Shown here in pieces: positions 26,761 through 36,413 of a DNA stretch of 64,000 nt. Made by a program: the position numbers and the translations under genes. The stretch's first letter is position 1, and every line of letters starts with the position of its first letter. The DNA comes from Candidatus Saccharimonadota bacterium (GTDB lineage Bacteria > Patescibacteriota > Saccharimonadia > CAILAD01 > GCA-016700035), in contig JAXLZV010000001.1 in NCBI GenBank assembly GCA_046350755.1, positions 75,510 to 139,509 of the forward strand. The letters run 5' to 3'. The notes below the pieces were generated by a model that saw only the letters and a list, made by a program, of their open reading frames with translations, was not told the origin of the DNA and made no database searches.

Positions 26761-27786
26761 TTATCCCTCCCATTTCTGGGGGAGACGCAGATCTATACCC
26801 TCGAGTTCTGACTCAGGCTCGGGGTCAACGCAATTACGAAAATCTGACTCAAGTTTCTTCACATCAAAATCCGTACCGATGAATACCATACGGGTCAGGT
26901 GCTTTTCGTCCTTCGTCCAATTATCCCAATACAGCTCGGAACGGGTACCGACGAGCTGAAAGACGTACTTGCGCGCATGCCCCTTCGTACCCAGATCAAT
27001 GAAGCCCTTCGCGCGATAGACAGTCTTTGGTATCTGACTATTCACAAACTCCTGAAACTTCATTGGATGGAGCGGTTCACTAACCTCGATCGAGACGTGC
27101 TTGAAGCTGTCATGTAGATGAGTGTGGTTATGATCATCATGATCGTGATGCTTATCTGGCTCGTCGTCCCAAATCCGATCAGGATCCGACAGTAATCGAA
27201 TATCGACGTCGGCCTTGACCGCTTCAAAAATTCGCGCCCGGGAATTGGTCATCTCGACAAGCTGACGAATCTCACGAATGCGCTCCGTTTTCACAATGTC
27301 TGTCTTATTAATAATCACAAAGTCCGTAAACTCTATTTGATCGGCAGCGTTGGCGTGCTTCTTGGCGTTTTCCAGCACATGCTCGGCATCAATGAGTGTG
27401 ACAATCGCATCAAGTCGTACGCCGATACCAATCATGTCGCGGAGATTGAGAGCCAAATCCCGCGGCTCGGCCAGGCCGGAGGCCTCAATAACGATCAGGT
27501 CAATATCGCTACCGACATAGGCGAATTGGGCAATCGCTTCTTGTACATCCAGAGTCTCCAGCGAGCAGCAGATACAACCATTGGAAAGCTCCAGCTTCTG
27601 GTCGGTCTTGCCAGCCACGAGCTCAGAGTCGATATTGATCGCGCCGAAGTCATTAACGACCACGCCTATCTTGAGCCCATGCGGCTCGCGCAGTAAATGA
27701 TTGACGAAGGTCGTCTTACCGCTGCCGAGAAAACCCGTAACGGCGAGAATGGGGGTTTTCTTCGTGGCTTTTTTGGCTATGCTCAT
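26761..27786 (-). CDS. COG0523 (CobW/ZigA/YeiR-like) G3E P-loop GTPase with a His-rich stretch. Putative zinc metallochaperone.
   Basis: P-loop GFLGSGKTTF, a CxCC-like CICCS motif, and the His-rich DKHHDHDDHNHTHLHD. Confidence 0.8.
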   Translation of the reverse strand: MSIAKKATKKTPILAVTGFLGSGKTTFVNHLLREPHGLKIGVVVNDFGAINIDSELVAGKTDQKLELSNGCICCSLETLDVQEAIAQFAYVGSDIDLIVIEASGLAEPRDLALNLRDMIGIGVRLDAIVTLIDAEHVLENAKKHANAADQIEFTDFVIINKTDIVKTERIREIRQLVEMTNSRARIFEAVKADVDIRLLSDPDRIWDDEPDKHHDHDDHNHTHLHDSFKHVSIEVSEPLHPMKFQEFVNSQIPKTVYRAKGFIDLGTKGHARKYVFQLVGTRSELYWDNWTKDEKHLTRMVFIGTDFDVKKLESDFRNCVDPEPESELEGIDLRLPQKWEG

Positions 27787-27819
27787 ATCTGATTCCTATC
27801 TTGCTTATGCTACAATTGT

Positions 27820-29538
27820 ATGGTAATGGCTGATACCACCCCTCCAACTCAAGCGCCAAAGCCGGCTCAAAACATAACTCGGACATATGTCGATGAGCAA
27901 ACGTTCCGGGGGTTGGTACGGATCAGCTCGGCGATTGAAATAATCGGTATCGGTGCAGCGATTGGATTACAATTTCTCAATCCATCGCTCCAACTTCCTC
28001 CCAACTATTCTATCCCAGCCGTCGTCATTCTGGCGATAGGACTCGTCTATAATGTCTTCATTTGGCAAAAGTGGCACGATAAGCGCCCTCATCTGGCCCT
28101 ACAAATCGCCGTCATTCCGATTGTGTTAGCTATCCAGATCGCCGCCGTCGGTACCGGCGGCCTGACTTCTGACTGGTACCTAGTTTGGCTCGTGGCGATC
28201 GTCTGTAGCGGTATCGCCGGAACTATCTCGGTCTATGTTGCGACCTTATTCACGGCTACCTTTTGGATATATGCAGCTATCATCCAGCCGAATGGCTATG
28301 CTCCACAAGACCACCCACTCCAACTATTGGCGACCGTTTGCGCCGTAGCTGGAGCCTACGTCATCGGTCGCATAGTCAACCGCACGGTCAAAACCATGCA
28401 AGTAGCCGAATCCTTGACGAATCAGCTTGATAGTGCCGAAACCAAGCAGCAGCTGATGATGGGGGCGATCGCCGATGCGGTGGTGGCGGTTGATACCGAT
28501 CGCAAGGTAGTTATCTTCAACGAAGCAGCGCAGGCTTTAACTGGCTGGGATAGTAAGTCGGCAGTTGGCGTGGATTATAATCTGATCTTTAAACTCAAAG
28601 ATCAAAATGACGCTGAGCTGACTCCGGATACTGACCCATTCATCCAGGCAATCAAAGCTGGCGAGCCCCTGGTAACTAATCACTTCTTCATGCTCAATCA
28701 TGACAATCAAAAAGTCTCATTTTCAATCTCGATCGCACCGACATTTGATAATAAGCAGCAGGTAAATGGAGCGATCGCAGTCTTCCACGATATCTCCGAC
28801 CAGAAGTCGTTAGCTCGTGAGCGCAATGAGTTCATTTCAACTGCCTCACACGAAATGCGCACGCCGGTGGCAGCCATCGAGGGCTACCTCTCAATGGCGA
28901 TGAATCCGACGCTGGCCACCATCGATGACCGTGCCAAGACGTTCATCAGCAAGGCACACGATGCGAGCTTGCATCTCGGCAAACTATTCAAAGACCTGCT
29001 CTCCGTTACCAAGATCGAAGACGGTCGAATTATCATTAATCGCCGACGTTTTAACCTCACTGAACTCGTCAATCAAATCGTCGGCGAAATGGAAATCGTA
29101 TCCCGTCAGAAGAATATTAAGATCCTCACTCATTTCGGCGGCGGTGGCTTCGGCAAAGCTCTGGTGGTAGCGCCAACCTTTACCGTCGATGCCGATCCTG
29201 ATCGGATTCGTGAAGTAATCGCCAACCTGCTCGACAATGCTATTAAATACTCAAAGGAGGGCACTATCGACGTCACCTTGAAGGCCGACAAACACTTTGT
29301 GACGTTCTCGGTAGCTGACACTGGCATCGGCATATCTCCAGAAGATCAAAAGCACTTGTTTCAAAAGTTCTATCGTGTCAATAACAGCTTTACGCGAGAA
29401 ATCGGTGGCACAGGGCTCGGTCTCTACATCGCCCGCAGCCTGGTCGAACGATTTGGTGGTAAAATCTGGGTAGAGGCCGCAGAAGGCAGGGGGAGTACAT
29501 TTTCGTTCAGCCTGCCAATCGATACCACGAATTCGTGA
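27820..29538 (+). CDS. Sensor histidine kinase: multi-TM N-terminus, PAS, HisKA and HATPase_c
   Basis: H-box SHEMRTP and G-boxes GGTGLGLYIARSLVE. Confidence 0.8.
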   Translation: MVMADTTPPTQAPKPAQNITRTYVDEQTFRGLVRISSAIEIIGIGAAIGLQFLNPSLQLPPNYSIPAVVILAIGLVYNVFIWQKWHDKRPHLALQIAVIPIVLAIQIAAVGTGGLTSDWYLVWLVAIVCSGIAGTISVYVATLFTATFWIYAAIIQPNGYAPQDHPLQLLATVCAVAGAYVIGRIVNRTVKTMQVAESLTNQLDSAETKQQLMMGAIADAVVAVDTDRKVVIFNEAAQALTGWDSKSAVGVDYNLIFKLKDQNDAELTPDTDPFIQAIKAGEPLVTNHFFMLNHDNQKVSFSISIAPTFDNKQQVNGAIAVFHDISDQKSLARERNEFISTASHEMRTPVAAIEGYLSMAMNPTLATIDDRAKTFISKAHDASLHLGKLFKDLLSVTKIEDGRIIINRRRFNLTELVNQIVGEMEIVSRQKNIKILTHFGGGGFGKALVVAPTFTVDADPDRIREVIANLLDNAIKYSKEGTIDVTLKADKHFVTFSVADTGIGISPEDQKHLFQKFYRVNNSFTREIGGTGLGLYIARSLVERFGGKIWVEAAEGRGSTFSFSLPIDTTNS

Positions 29539-29621
29539 GCTAGCTCAGGTTGGGCTTGCCGAGCGACTCCGAACCAGGCTAGAATAAGCACAAGCAATTA
29601 CTTTAGGAGTCAAACCATACT

Positions 29622-30059
29622 ATGACAAAAGTTCTCCTCGTCGAAGACGACGTCAATCTGCGCGATATCTATTACGCGCGTTTCCAGGCGGAAAACTATG
29701 AGCTCTCCGTCGCCTCAAATGGCGAAGAAGCGCTAGCCACCGCAGTCAAAGAAAAACCCGACCTCATCATCCTCGATGTGATGATGCCTCGGATTTCTGG
29801 CTTTGACGTACTCGACATCCTCCGCTCCACACCCGAAACCGCCCACACCAAAGTCATCATGATGACAGCCCTGTCTGAGCAAAGCGATAAGGATCGCGGT
29901 AAAGCCCTGGGCGTCGATGAGTATCTCGTCAAAAGTCAGGTGACACTTGAAAATGTTGTCGAAACTGCCAAGCGTGTGCTCGGCGCTCCAACTCCCAAGG
30001 CTGCACCAAGTGCTGAAGCCACTGCCGCTCCGGCCAAGCCAAGCGAAGAAACCAAGTAG
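29622..30059 (+). CDS. Stand-alone response-regulator receiver domain with an Ala/Pro-rich tail
   Basis: The DD...D...K phospho-acceptor pattern (LLVEDD, ILDVMMP). There is no output domain. Confidence 0.8.
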   Translation: MTKVLLVEDDVNLRDIYYARFQAENYELSVASNGEEALATAVKEKPDLIILDVMMPRISGFDVLDILRSTPETAHTKVIMMTALSEQSDKDRGKALGVDEYLVKSQVTLENVVETAKRVLGAPTPKAAPSAEATAAPAKPSEETK

Positions 30060-30098
30060 CGCTCGCACCAGATAGACTCATCTGGTAAAATATGACTA

Positions 30099-31415
30099 AT
30101 GTCACAGCGCACACTCATCCGCGAACTCTCCGACCATATCGGCAACACAGTTGTCATCGAAGGCTGGCTGCATAAGCGCCGCCTGCTCGGTGGCTTGAAC
30201 TTTTTTGTCCTGCGCGATCGGTCGGGGATAGCCCAATTTTTAGTCGAAGCCAAAGATGAAGTCGAAAAACTGCGCGGTCTGCAGGTTGGTACCGTGCTCA
30301 AGGTCAAGGGTCACGTCATCTCTGACGAGCGAGCGCCGGGCGGTATCGAAGTCCATGATCCAGAACTCACCGTCATCGTGCCGGTCACCGAAGAACCAAT
30401 TATAGAGATCGATAAGCCCCTCAGTCACAAAAGCGAGCATCTCGATACGCTACTCGACACGCGAGCAATCGGCCTCCGTAACCTTCACGAGCAAAGCATC
30501 TTTCGAGCCCGAGCCGACGTCAACCGCTTGATTCGCAGCTTTCTGACTGAGCGAGAATTTATCGAGATCCAGACACCGAAACTTTTAGCCGGCGCGACCG
30601 AAGGGGGAGCCGAAGTCTTTGAGCTCGATTATTTTAGTAAAGAAGCTACGCTGGCGCAGAGCCCTCAGTTCTATAAGCAAATGATGGTTGGTGTCTTTGA
30701 GCGAGTCTTTGAGATCGCGCCAGCCTATCGCGCCGAACCAAGTGCCACGACGCGACATATGACCGAACTGACAATGCTTGATATTGAGATGGGCTTCATT
30801 GAGAGCCACGACGACGTTCTGCGTATCTTAGAAGAGTTAGTTTATTCTGTCACTACCGACATCTATAAGAGCTACGCGGCTGACCTGAAGCGCTGGAATG
30901 CACCAGAACTCAAGCTTAGCCGCCAATTCCCTCGCTTCACCGTCGCCGAAGTTCACGAGCTCTACACCCAAGCCACCAAGACCGACACGACTGGCGAAAA
31001 AGACCTAACCCCTGATGAGGAGCGCTGGATTTGTGAGTTTGCTAAAAAACAGCATGGCTCGGAAGCCGTCTTTATCACCCAATTCCCGATTGAAACCCAT
31101 AAGTTCTATCAGAAGATTAATCCGGATGACCCCACGACCGTCTTGTGCGCCGATTTGCTGTTTCGTGGCATCGAGATCGCTACCGCGCCAGTCCGCGAAC
31201 ACGAGTACGACAAGCTAGTTGCTCAAATGAAAGCGAAAGGCCTGAACCCAGATGAGCCGGGCTTCAAATACTACCTCCAGGCCTTCGAATATGGTTTGCC
31301 ACCTCACGGCGGTTGCGGTTTCGGTATCGATCGCTTTGTTGAGAAAATTTTCAATCTCGGCAACGTCAAAGAAGCCACCCTCTTCCCACGGGACATCAAT
31401 CGACTGACGCCGTAA
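30099..31415 (+). CDS. Class IIb aspartyl/asparaginyl-tRNA synthetase, archaeal/eukaryotic-type and about 438 aa
   Basis: Class II motifs 2 and 3 are present (FRAEPSATTRHMTE, GGCGFGIDR), with an anticodon-binding OB fold at the N-terminus. I cannot separate AspRS from AsnRS by eye. Confidence 0.8.
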   Translation: MSQRTLIRELSDHIGNTVVIEGWLHKRRLLGGLNFFVLRDRSGIAQFLVEAKDEVEKLRGLQVGTVLKVKGHVISDERAPGGIEVHDPELTVIVPVTEEPIIEIDKPLSHKSEHLDTLLDTRAIGLRNLHEQSIFRARADVNRLIRSFLTEREFIEIQTPKLLAGATEGGAEVFELDYFSKEATLAQSPQFYKQMMVGVFERVFEIAPAYRAEPSATTRHMTELTMLDIEMGFIESHDDVLRILEELVYSVTTDIYKSYAADLKRWNAPELKLSRQFPRFTVAEVHELYTQATKTDTTGEKDLTPDEERWICEFAKKQHGSEAVFITQFPIETHKFYQKINPDDPTTVLCADLLFRGIEIATAPVREHEYDKLVAQMKAKGLNPDEPGFKYYLQAFEYGLPPHGGCGFGIDRFVEKIFNLGNVKEATLFPRDINRLTP

Positions 31416-31442
31416 GGCATAACGGTCCGCTATAATAAACGT

Positions 31443-32135
31443 ATGACGCCAACACAGACTTATACGGTGGAACTGGATAATTTCCATGGTCCACTGGATT
31501 TACTACTATCACTTATTGAGCGGCGCGAGCTCGAGGTGACCGACGTCTCAGTCAGCCAGGTGACGAGCGATTATTTGGCGACGGTTGCTGCTCTTGAAAA
31601 AGTCAAAGATACTGAATTATCCTGGTTTCTTGATATTGCTACGCGGCTGATCTTCTATAAGGCTCGGGCACTTGGCGTCACAACTAGTCAAGAGGAGGAG
31701 GGGAGTGATCTAGCTGAGCTAACTCAAGAGCTGAACCGTTATAAAGTGTACCGCCAGCTCGCTCAAAATCTATCTACTCGTCTCCAGCCACTCACGATCC
31801 GGGCTCAATCTCCAAAAACTAGTCTTCTTCAGAGCAATTTACCACCGCGCAATCTATCGCTCGCAGTCCTCCAGTCGGCATATCGAGCGGCTAGCTTGCT
31901 GGCGGCGCAGTCAGTTCGCCCAACCCATACCGTCACGATCAGCCGTCACGACATCGCGACGATGATGCAGCAGGTTTTGACGGGCATGGAGAAACGCCAG
32001 CGCCTGGCCGAGCTCTTTCGTCATACTAGTCGACGAGAGCTCACCCTGCGACTGCTGGCCTTGCTGGAATTAGCCAAGCAAGGGGCGGTCGATATATTTA
32101 TAGAAAACGAGACGAGCTATGTCCAAGCAACCTAG
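31443..32135 (+). CDS. scpA: Segregation and condensation protein A
   Basis: The conserved N-terminus is LDNFHGPLDLLLSLIERRELEV. Confidence 0.85.
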   Translation: MTPTQTYTVELDNFHGPLDLLLSLIERRELEVTDVSVSQVTSDYLATVAALEKVKDTELSWFLDIATRLIFYKARALGVTTSQEEEGSDLAELTQELNRYKVYRQLAQNLSTRLQPLTIRAQSPKTSLLQSNLPPRNLSLAVLQSAYRAASLLAAQSVRPTHTVTISRHDIATMMQQVLTGMEKRQRLAELFRHTSRRELTLRLLALLELAKQGAVDIFIENETSYVQAT

Positions 32136-32640
32136 TCTCTCAGCTCAACTTGAAGCGATTCTCTTCGTGCAAGGCGGTCCAGTCAGTGCAGCCAAGCTCG
32201 CCAAAATACTAGCCGTGGAGACCAAAGCAGTGCAGTCAGGCCTAGCTGCGCTGCGTAATGATCTCTCCGGGCGTGGCCTAGCCATCATCGAAAGTCACGC
32301 CGGCTATGAGCTAGCGGTCGCGCCGGAGTTGCAACCACTCGCTAACGAGCTCACCACTGAAACCGCGCCCCAGCTCTCCCAATCGAGCCTTGAAGTCTTG
32401 GCCGTCATTACCTATGACGGGCCCGTCGACAAAGCTCATATCGACAATATCCGCGGAGTCGCTAGCGATAGCTCACTGCGGGCTCTGATGAGCCGAGACC
32501 TCATACAACAGCTCAAAGCTAGCAGTGAATCCGGACCCCGCTACGAACTTACGAGCCTGGCTTGGCAACATCTTGGCTTGCGGAGTCGGAAAGAGTTACC
32601 GCCACAACCAAAGGTAAAACCAGCCAATGCGCCTCAATAG
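32119..32640 (+). CDS. scpB: Segregation and condensation protein B
   Basis: The winged helix LEAILFVQGGPVS is present. The gene overlaps scpA by 17 nt. Confidence 0.85.
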   Translation: MSKQPSLSAQLEAILFVQGGPVSAAKLAKILAVETKAVQSGLAALRNDLSGRGLAIIESHAGYELAVAPELQPLANELTTETAPQLSQSSLEVLAVITYDGPVDKAHIDNIRGVASDSSLRALMSRDLIQQLKASSESGPRYELTSLAWQHLGLRSRKELPPQPKVKPANAPQ

Positions 32641-33301
32641 ATGGCTCGTTATTCACGGAGCGGCAGGCGCTCGACGCAAGGCCGACGACTTGATTGCGGC
32701 CGGACGAGTTCGCATCAACGGCGCCATTGCCGCGCTGGGCGATCGCATTGACGATGGTGACACTGTGACTTTGGATGGAATATACATTGAGCCACAAAAA
32801 CCCGAGACCCATTTGGTTGCCCTCAATAAGCCAACTGGCTACATTTGCTCCCACCGTCGGCAGGGGAGCGCCAAAACGATCTTTAGCTTACTACCAGAAG
32901 AAATGGGTGAGTACAAAATCGCTGGACGACTCGACAAAGACAGCGAGGGCTTGGTACTACTAACAAATGACGGAGAGCTGGCTAATGCGTTGACCCACCC
33001 TAGCCATGACGTTGTCCGTGAGTATCAAGTTGAGCTCTCGACGGCGCTCACCGACGAGCAAGCTACAACCCTCACCGAAACCGGCATATTGCTCGACGAT
33101 GAACTGCGTCAATTTGCCTCACTCAAGCCAATCGACAAACGCCGGTATGCGATTACGCTCCACGAAGGCCGGAATCGTCAAATTCGCCGCAGCTTTGAAG
33201 CCCTCGGTGTGGCGGTTTTACAACTCCAGCGCATCAAACATGGCCAATGGGAGCTGGGTGATCTTGAGTTAGGCCATTGGCGGACGGAGCGACTCACGTG
33301 A
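32627..33301 (+). CDS. Pseudouridine synthase, RsuA/RluB family (S4 domain plus catalytic domain)
   Basis: GRLDKDSEGLVLLTNDG catalytic-Asp motif. Confidence 0.8.
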   Translation: MRLNRWLVIHGAAGARRKADDLIAAGRVRINGAIAALGDRIDDGDTVTLDGIYIEPQKPETHLVALNKPTGYICSHRRQGSAKTIFSLLPEEMGEYKIAGRLDKDSEGLVLLTNDGELANALTHPSHDVVREYQVELSTALTDEQATTLTETGILLDDELRQFASLKPIDKRRYAITLHEGRNRQIRRSFEALGVAVLQLQRIKHGQWELGDLELGHWRTERLT

Positions 33302-34173
33302 ATAGTGTGGCCCAATCTATCCTCGGTGGGCTAACAGCAGTTGTGCTCGCCATCGCGCCCTTCAGTACTACGACGCCCTCACCCGGTGTGCCGGCAGCAA
33401 GCTTCGCCCCGCAGGTTACCGCTGATGCACCGACGACATACGCCGTGCAAGCTAAGTCAGCCCTCATCATCGATCGGGCGACTGGTCGCGCTATCTACGC
33501 GAAAAATACGAGCCAGGCTCTACCGATGGCCAGCCTTACCAAGCTCATGACAGCCTACCTGATCATTCGCAGCCACACTGGTAACGAAAAAGTCATCATC
33601 CCGCCTGATGTCAAAGCAGTTGCGGCCGGCGGTAGCGTAGTCATCGGCCTGAAGCCAGGCGACAGTGCCACTGTCGATCAGCTCATGCTCGCGCTCTTAC
33701 TGCCATCAGCCAATGATGCAGCGGTCAGTCTGGCCGTACACGATGCCGGTAGCGTTCCGGCCTTTGTGGATAAGATGAACGCCACCGCCAAAGAGCTCGG
33801 CCTCACGAATACCGCCTTTAAGAATCCGACTGGTCTCGATGCCACAGGGCACGTCACCAATGCTGATGACCTCGCCCGGCTCACCTCTCTCGTACTTGAA
33901 AGTCCACGTATTACCCAAGTCGTTAAGCTAAGCCGCGGCGGTTTCACTAGTGGTCAAGGAGTGCCGTATGCCTTCATCTCGACGAATGAATTACTCAACA
34001 AACCTGGAGTGGTTGGCGTAAAGACTGGCTATACGCAGGCCGCTGGGGAATGCCTCATCACCCTCACACGGAAAGACGGGCGTGAAGTCCTGACCGTGAT
34101 TCTCGGAAGCCCAGACCGTTTCGCAGAAAGCCGAAGTATGATAGACTTAGCCCTCGGATTAGCATATGAATAA
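33277..34173 (+). CDS. D-alanyl-D-alanine carboxypeptidase (S11, low-molecular-weight PBP)
   Basis: SxxK (ASLTK), SxN and KTG motifs with a signal-like N-terminus. The start may instead be the GTG at 33298, which overlaps the upstream stop (GTGA). Confidence 0.8.
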   Translation: MADGATHVNSVAQSILGGLTAVVLAIAPFSTTTPSPGVPAASFAPQVTADAPTTYAVQAKSALIIDRATGRAIYAKNTSQALPMASLTKLMTAYLIIRSHTGNEKVIIPPDVKAVAAGGSVVIGLKPGDSATVDQLMLALLLPSANDAAVSLAVHDAGSVPAFVDKMNATAKELGLTNTAFKNPTGLDATGHVTNADDLARLTSLVLESPRITQVVKLSRGGFTSGQGVPYAFISTNELLNKPGVVGVKTGYTQAAGECLITLTRKDGREVLTVILGSPDRFAESRSMIDLALGLAYE

Positions 34174-35509
34174 TACTCAATCAATTCCTCGCTTTGTTTT
34201 GGTCGGCATCCCCAACGCCGGTAAGTCCAGTTTGCTCAATCGACTGACTGGCAACCGGGCCGTTATCATTCACGATAAAGCTCATACGACGAGAGATATT
34301 ACCTTACATCCCGTCGAATGGGCAGAACGTGCTGCCTACGTTCAAGATACCCCTGGCTTCACCAGCTCCCCAGATAGTGAGATCGAAACCGAAGCCCAAG
34401 CTCAGCTCAAAGCCGCCCTTCATGAGGCTACAGCGGTGGTTTTTGTCGTTGATATCACCAGCCCCGGCATTACAGACGCTGAACGCCTCTTGGCACGCCT
34501 GGTTCGCCAATCAGGCAAACCGGTGATTCTAGCTCTCAATCAAGCTGACAAAAAGCATGGTGACACGGCTCATTTCCGCGCTCTTGGATTTGAGTCAAGT
34601 CTCGAAGTTTCTGCCCATCACGCAACTGGCATTGATGATCTAAAAACTCATTTGCTAGCGTTAGCTCCAGTTAGCGACGAGGCTCCGCAACACACGCCAA
34701 ACCAGTGGCGAGTAGCCTTCCTGGGGCGACCGAATGTCGGTAAGTCGAGTCTTCTGAATGCCTTTACGCACGCCAATTCAGCAATCGTCAGCGCCGAAGC
34801 TGGCACGACGCGCGACCCCGTCTCGGCGACCATCACCCATAATGACACACAGCTCCTGCTGACCGACACGGCTGGTATGCGCCGTCCCGGCAAAATTGGC
34901 CGCGACATCGAGTATTTCTCGCTCACTCGCACCAAACAAGTCATCGCGCAAGCCGACATTTGTGTATTAGTCCTCGACGCCACCGACCCTGCTACGGCCA
35001 TGGATCAACGAATCGCCGGCATGATTCGTGAAGCCGGTAAAGGACTCGTCATAGCCGTCAATAAATCCGATGCCGTCACCGAAGAGGATGAACGGCGCGG
35101 ACGACTCGACAAACGCCTGACGCGCGATCTCGAATTTGTCTGGTGGGCACCCTACGTCCTGGTTTCCGCCACCACTGGCCTCAACCTCGATGTCCTCCTC
35201 GATCAGATCTGCGAAGTCGGGAATCGCCTGACACAAAAACTTCTGACGCGCGAGCTCAATAAATTTCTCACCCAAGCTACCGTGTCGCGGCCGCCAGCCA
35301 GCTCGGGCCTCCTACGACCTAAACTCAACTACATCACCCAGACGAGCTCAAATCCGATCGAATTTTCACTATTTGGCACCCATCCAGATGCCATTCACTT
35401 TAGTTATCGACGTTATCTCGAGAATCAGCTGCGCGAACACATCGATTTGCGCGGTGTGCCGATAAAGCTTATCTTTAAAAGTAAGTACAAGCCAAGCGGA
35501 GACGAGTAA
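34166..35509 (+). CDS. der: Ribosome-associated GTPase Der/EngA (two GTPase domains plus a KH-like domain)
   Basis: Two G1 motifs, GIPNAGKSSL and GRPNVGKSSL. Confidence 0.9.
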   Translation: MNNTQSIPRFVLVGIPNAGKSSLLNRLTGNRAVIIHDKAHTTRDITLHPVEWAERAAYVQDTPGFTSSPDSEIETEAQAQLKAALHEATAVVFVVDITSPGITDAERLLARLVRQSGKPVILALNQADKKHGDTAHFRALGFESSLEVSAHHATGIDDLKTHLLALAPVSDEAPQHTPNQWRVAFLGRPNVGKSSLLNAFTHANSAIVSAEAGTTRDPVSATITHNDTQLLLTDTAGMRRPGKIGRDIEYFSLTRTKQVIAQADICVLVLDATDPATAMDQRIAGMIREAGKGLVIAVNKSDAVTEEDERRGRLDKRLTRDLEFVWWAPYVLVSATTGLNLDVLLDQICEVGNRLTQKLLTRELNKFLTQATVSRPPASSGLLRPKLNYITQTSSNPIEFSLFGTHPDAIHFSYRRYLENQLREHIDLRGVPIKLIFKSKYKPSGDE

Positions 35510-35510
35510 T

Positions 35511-36035
35511 ATGCACACCATCATTGTCGGCCTCGGAAACCCCGGATCTCGCTATGATGGCACGCGGCACAATATCGGTTTTGCCGTGGTTGATGAGTTA
35601 GCTCGTCGGGCCGGTGCGAATTGGCGCGAAAAACCCGCCTGGAATGCAGAAATCGCTGAATATGGAGAGGGTATTCTCCTGGTCAAGCCAACGACCTTCA
35701 TGAATGACTCCGGCCGAGCAGTCCAAGCCATTGCTCATTACTACGACATTACTGGCGATCGGGTCTGCACGGTATACGATGACAGGGACCTGCCATTTGG
35801 CACCCTCCGTTGGACCGATGGCTTGCGCACCGGCGCCCACCACAACGGCCTTCGATCGATCGCGGATACGTACGGACGAGACCTCTTACGATTACGGTTT
35901 GGAGTCGGCAATGATCATCTGCGACACAAAGCCCTGCGCGACTTTGTGCTCGAGAGATTCACTAGCGAGGAACAAAAAGACTTACCGAATCTGATTGAAT
36001 CCGCAGCCAACGAGCTCGTCGAACGCTACACGTAA
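35511..36035 (+). CDS. pth: Peptidyl-tRNA hydrolase
   Basis: The N-terminal VGLGNPG...RHNIGF signature is present. Confidence 0.9.
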   Translation: MHTIIVGLGNPGSRYDGTRHNIGFAVVDELARRAGANWREKPAWNAEIAEYGEGILLVKPTTFMNDSGRAVQAIAHYYDITGDRVCTVYDDRDLPFGTLRWTDGLRTGAHHNGLRSIADTYGRDLLRLRFGVGNDHLRHKALRDFVLERFTSEEQKDLPNLIESAANELVERYT

Positions 36036-36146
36036 AGTATGTAATTTGCTCATGCTCGCTTTTTGTTCGGCTTTTTTATACGATGTAGTTGCGCGAGAAA
36101 ATGAAAAGACCACACCAGTCGAAACCAATGTGGACTTTTCATATAC

Positions 36147-36289
36147 CCCTTTCATGTCACCATAAAGGATTTTGCAGCCGTCACCAATATTCTATACGGC
36201 CGTGACCATGAAAGGGAGCGATCTGCTAATGCGGTTGAACCTAAAGGAGGGTGAGTTTTAGGATATGGCCCCGCAATAGCAGATCGCTC
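36147..36289. repeat. Two back-to-back near-perfect hairpins of about 70 nt each in the pth-dprA spacer
   Basis: H1 pairs cccctttcatgtcacc (36147-36162) with gtgaccatgaaaggg (36202-36216). H2 pairs gagcgatctgct (36218-36229) with agcagatcgctc (36279-36290) and has internal sub-stems (gcgg/ccgc, cctaaa/tttagg). Downstream, the direct repeat ttacatgagg occurs at 36321-36330 and 36375-36384. Confidence 0.4.
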
Positions 36290-36413
36290 ACTTCCAAAGG
36301 GAAGGGGTCAAATTACAGATTACATGAGGTACGCGCTGTATATTATCACAATATACTACCCATGTCAATAGTAATTACATGAGGATTTTGAGTTTACACG
36401 AAAGCTTACTGGT

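Noticed and set aside
36208-36261. 17-aa and 43-aa mini-ORFs with an AGGAGG inside the pth-dprA spacer
   Set aside because: The SD-to-start spacing is wrong (0-1 nt or 14 nt). The AGGAGG is more simply part of hairpin loop sequence.
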